DNA of 64,000 nucleotides from an uncultured Anaeromyxobacteraceae bacterium (GTDB lineage Bacteria; Myxococcota_A; UBA9042; DTJE01): NCBI GenBank assembly GCA_964522105.1, contig CAZFVA010000004.1, positions 24,740 to 88,739 of the forward strand, read 5' to 3'. Shown piece by piece: positions 60,840 to 64,000 of this stretch (position 1 is its first letter; each line of letters starts with the position of its first letter). The notes under the pieces were generated by a model. It saw only the letters and a program-made list of their open reading frames with translations, ran no database searches and was not told where the DNA came from. The position numbers and the translations under genes were made by a program.

Positions 60840-63414
60840 ACAGTAAAGACAGGCCGCAGCAGGCCAGGGCGAAAATGTCGCCATATCGGATATAGAGGGT
60901 GGCTTCGTTTGTAAGGGCAACGTCTTCGACAAGATATTCAGCATCATTAATTTCGGTGTGCGAAACGATTCTGCCGAGCGGATCAACTATGGCTGAAATG
61001 CCGGTGTTTGTTGATCGTACCATGTACGATCTGGCCTCTACTGCCCTCAGTTGAGACAGTTGAAAATGAAGCCATGGTTCCGCCGTCTTGCCAAACCAGG
61101 CATCGTTCGTGATGTTGATCAGTATGTTGGGTTGAAGTTCGGCCAGCCGTCTGTGGAAAGAAGGAATAATTCCCTCGTAACAGATTGATATTCCTATTCT
61201 TGCGTCTTTCAGTTTGAATATCATCGGTTCAGTACCCGGGGTCCAGTCACCGGCTTCCGGGAACCACTTTCTGAAGAACGGGAACCATTTTTCAAACGGG
61301 ATGTATTCCCCGAATACCAGAAGCCTGTTTTTGAAGTATGTCCCCAGGACTTTTCCCTGACCGTCGATCATTACAGCGGAGTTGTGTTTGATCGCTTCTT
61401 TCCCTTCCTGTGGGAATCTTTCCATTGTGGCCGCGCCAAATATCAGAGGAGTCGAAAATCCGCGCATTACCGAATTGCGGTCCATCTGCGGGGTGTTGCG
61501 GTCCTTTTTGTATGCAGGCAATGTGTTTTTGTACGAGCCCTCTTCTGGAAGGGGGGCTTTTGAAACGTAGATCTTCTTTGCATCAAGCGGGTACGGGTAA
61601 CCTTCTTTGAACGGTATTTCAGTCAGGCCGGTCAGGCGGCCTTCCGCGCCTTCCAGGAGCTTTGGCGCCCGGTTGTCTTCAGGGAAAAGTTCGACAACCA
61701 GGCCGTCTTCCCCTGCCGCCCATGCGTGGCCGGTGCTGTCTGAAACGACCGAGGTAAGATTACGGCGCACACCTGCCGGCACACGTTTGCACGTTTCCTG
61801 ACAGCGGATAACTTCGCCGTCATCCCCGACAGCCCAGGTTATCGGCCCTGCCGAGATCGATCGAAGGGTTCGTTTTGTCGGCTGCTCGGTTCTTACCTCT
61901 GTTGCGTTCGCAACTTTGACAATGGTTCCGGAATGACCGGCGGCGACAAGGCCTGATTCAGCGGACCAGGCGACGGCACTCAGATCAGGCAGGCCTTCCG
62001 GGCCCAGATCCTTGATTTTTCCGCCCTTTATGGAAAACAGGGTGCCTTTGTCGCCACACACGACCCAGCCGAAATCCGGGGTGCTGACAGCGCCCCGAAG
62101 TGTAGTAAATCTGCCGGTGTCCATAGTTTTCCACTTGCCATCAAGCCGGAACATCACGACGCCGTTGTCACCGACTGCGATAGCTTCTTCGCTGTCGTGC
62201 GACCAGGCAACCGCGTTCAGATTTCTGTCTGTATCTGTAGATTCCCGGGTCCAGGCGCGACCGTCAAAATGGTAGGCGGCCCCGCGGGGACCTGCCGCAA
62301 TGATGTTTTCTTCATTCATGGCTGCGATGGCGGACAGACCGGAATTTTTAAATACGGAAGGCGCCTGGTCTGCCGTTCCCTTTTCCAGCGAGACGCCACC
62401 TTCACCGATCCCATATATGTTGCCGCCAAAAGATACGGCCAGCGCCTGGTTTGCTGTTCGACGGGTGAAAACCCGGTAAAGTGGGAAATAGGACGATTCA
62501 GGCCAGACTATCAGGTCAGGATGACTTTCTTTTTCAATTAGCTGTGAAATATACTGATGTTTCAACAGGTTGGAGTACAGCATGGTCATCTGGTCAGCCG
62601 CATCCATCTGGGAGCCGTCAGCGTTTTGAGCCTCTTTTTCCCAGATGCCGATGTCGGCTTCGACGATGCCAACTTTGAATTTCGGGGCTTCGGCCATTCG
62701 TTTTTCAATGACATTGATCCTTGTCAGGCCATAAATTGTTACTGCAAAGAAAGCGCTGGCAGCTATAAGGACAGTAAATTTCGGGAAAGGCGTCTTTGAA
62801 ATTCTGGATACCAGGATTTCTGCGATCGCGCAGTTGACCAGAATAATCAGGAATGTGATGCCGGAAACACCCGTAATGTCAGCAATTTGTACTATGGCTG
62901 TAAATCTTTGCTGACCGTTGCCCTGATACCACGGGAATATCAGCGGGGCTGCGTATTCTATGGCGGTAAAGATTATCGGGAACACAAGTATCCATGGCAG
63001 TGAAGGGATGCGTTTGATGATGCCGGCCGCTGCACCGGCACTGAATGCATAGACCAGCCCCTGCACAAGGATTAACAGACAAGTAACCACCCATGACGAC
63101 CAGACTTCCATGTGGGCGAAGCTCTGGAGCATGTTTGAAATCCAGTAGAACCCGCCAAGATTTTCAAAAAAACCGGAAATAAGGCCGAGCAGGAAGGCAG
63201 CCGCAAAGCCGCGTCCGCGGATCGCCAGAATCAGTCCGGCAAGTCCGAACCAGGCAAGTGGAAACAGATTGGTGTCAGGAAACGCTGCAATCGAGACGCA
63301 TCCGCCCACGGCCGCCGCCAGAATCGCAAGCGGCGTACTTAGAAGCGCCGAAGACTGTTGTTTTCTTGAAGGCTTCGGTTTTCTGGCTGATGAGGGGGTC
63401 TTTGTAGGTTTCAT
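60802..63414 (-). CDS. lnt: apolipoprotein N-acyltransferase with a roughly 330-aa six-repeat beta-propeller-like insertion
   Basis: Multi-TM N-terminus. CN-hydrolase triad context WPESSYFP (Glu) ... (Lys region) ... ISICYEGIIPSF (Cys). Between the Glu and Lys motifs lie six A/W-A-V-G-D-x-G-x-V-type repeats (residues about 315..640, nt about 61500..62470). Confidence 0.75.
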   Translation of the reverse strand: MKPTKTPSSARKPKPSRKQQSSALLSTPLAILAAAVGGCVSIAAFPDTNLFPLAWFGLAGLILAIRGRGFAAAFLLGLISGFFENLGGFYWISNMLQSFAHMEVWSSWVVTCLLILVQGLVYAFSAGAAAGIIKRIPSLPWILVFPIIFTAIEYAAPLIFPWYQGNGQQRFTAIVQIADITGVSGITFLIILVNCAIAEILVSRISKTPFPKFTVLIAASAFFAVTIYGLTRINVIEKRMAEAPKFKVGIVEADIGIWEKEAQNADGSQMDAADQMTMLYSNLLKHQYISQLIEKESHPDLIVWPESSYFPLYRVFTRRTANQALAVSFGGNIYGIGEGGVSLEKGTADQAPSVFKNSGLSAIAAMNEENIIAAGPRGAAYHFDGRAWTRESTDTDRNLNAVAWSHDSEEAIAVGDNGVVMFRLDGKWKTMDTGRFTTLRGAVSTPDFGWVVCGDKGTLFSIKGGKIKDLGPEGLPDLSAVAWSAESGLVAAGHSGTIVKVANATEVRTEQPTKRTLRSISAGPITWAVGDDGEVIRCQETCKRVPAGVRRNLTSVVSDSTGHAWAAGEDGLVVELFPEDNRAPKLLEGAEGRLTGLTEIPFKEGYPYPLDAKKIYVSKAPLPEEGSYKNTLPAYKKDRNTPQMDRNSVMRGFSTPLIFGAATMERFPQEGKEAIKHNSAVMIDGQGKVLGTYFKNRLLVFGEYIPFEKWFPFFRKWFPEAGDWTPGTEPMIFKLKDARIGISICYEGIIPSFHRRLAELQPNILINITNDAWFGKTAEPWLHFQLSQLRAVEARSYMVRSTNTGISAIVDPLGRIVSHTEINDAEYLVEDVALTNEATLYIRYGDIFALACCGLSLLFIGIGMAVRRKR

Positions 63415-63415
63415 A

Positions 63416-63706
63416 TCAATCCTGTGATTCCAGAAGTCGTTTCAAACACTCCGCCGCGGGCAAATCCCTTACAAGCACAATCTTCTGCCGCGCCGTTTTG
63501 CCCTTTAGAAGTTCAAGTCTTGTGACCGCGACATCAAGGGCCTGCGCAAGAGTTTTGATTGCCTGTCCAGTTGCCTTGCCGCCTTCAGGAGCCGAAGAGA
63601 CTTCAATTTTTATGTGTTCTATTGAAGCCTCTGCGATACGGCATCTACCGGCGCGTGGTTTTACAGTGATTTCAATAACTGATCCACGGGCGTCTTCCCT
63701 GATCAT
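63416..63706 (-). CDS. DUF167 (YggU-like) family protein
   Basis: 96 aa. The VKPRAGRCRI...EVSSAPEGGKATGQAIKTLAQAL pattern is typical of UPF0235. Confidence 0.6.
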   Translation of the reverse strand: MIREDARGSVIEITVKPRAGRCRIAEASIEHIKIEVSSAPEGGKATGQAIKTLAQALDVAVTRLELLKGKTARQKIVLVRDLPAAECLKRLLESQD

Positions 63707-63865
63707 TAGTTATGACCCTGATAAACCTTCGCCGCCGGATTATAGCATCCGCCACATTTGATTCCGACTTGGTGACGCAGACAAAACACATGATTCTGTG
63801 TCCTGTTTTTGCTGTTTTTCATTTCAGGTGATAATACATACTCGGGTTACGTCTGGAGATTCAGG

Positions 63866-64000
63866 ATGAAGAAACTTTTGATAGCTGCACTGATCGGGTT
63901 TATTGCGACTTTGTCTGCGTGTGAAAAGATTGGTCCGGGACAGTTTGAAAAATATACGCGCAATGAAGCCGGCGTCAAAAGAATGACGACGTACGTCCAG
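63866..64000 (+). CDS. putative lipoprotein, 5' fragment (continues beyond window)
   Basis: ATG at 63866. MKKLLIAALIGFIATLSAC lipobox. Truncated by the window end. Confidence 0.3.
   Translation, partial: MKKLLIAALIGFIATLSACEKIGPGQFEKYTRNEAGVKRMTTYVQ

Overview
This is a gene-dense, high-GC bacterial chromosomal window. Most of it is housekeeping: a partial radical-SAM TIGR03960-like gene, RNase R, Lgt, an M23 peptidase, a HIT protein, ClpX, RecO, UvrA, a PP2C phosphatase, DnaG-RpoD, FolC, a DJ-1/PfpI protein, an FKBP lipoprotein, a CCA/PcnB-family nucleotidyltransferase, a DAGK-like kinase, PanD, RecD2, an AmgK/MurU-like pair, a CPBP protease, Lnt and a DUF167 protein. Mixed in are several cysteine-rich secreted lipoproteins with MopE-like CNGxDDDCDGxTDE repeats. 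One of these carries a lamin-tail domain and a MYXO-CTERM-like anchor. Together with a C-terminal-Phe beta-barrel protein, this suggests a Myxococcota/Bradymonadales/Bdellovibrionota-like, possibly predatory, lineage. The standout is a roughly 9 kb, ten-gene phage-tail-like contractile injection system (CIS/eCIS-like) operon on the minus strand at 19530..28436, directly downstream of uvrA. It encodes a DUF4255-like cap, two sheath paralogs, two gp19-like tube paralogs, two small overlapping ORFs, a 723-aa low-complexity tape-measure-like protein, a LysM-containing tube-initiator-like protein and a gpD/gp27-like hub. No gp25/gp6/gp7 baseplate wedge, spike/PAAR or AAA+ ATPase genes are visible in the window. 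A distant 1131-aa secreted tail-fibre-like protein (54618..58013) has tail-fibre-type repeats, a CxxC tandem-repeat array and a C-terminal S74-type intramolecular chaperone domain. Other unusual architectures are an Lnt with a roughly 330-aa beta-propeller insertion and an Lgt with a cysteine-rich loop insertion. No rRNA, CRISPR array or obvious transposon was found.
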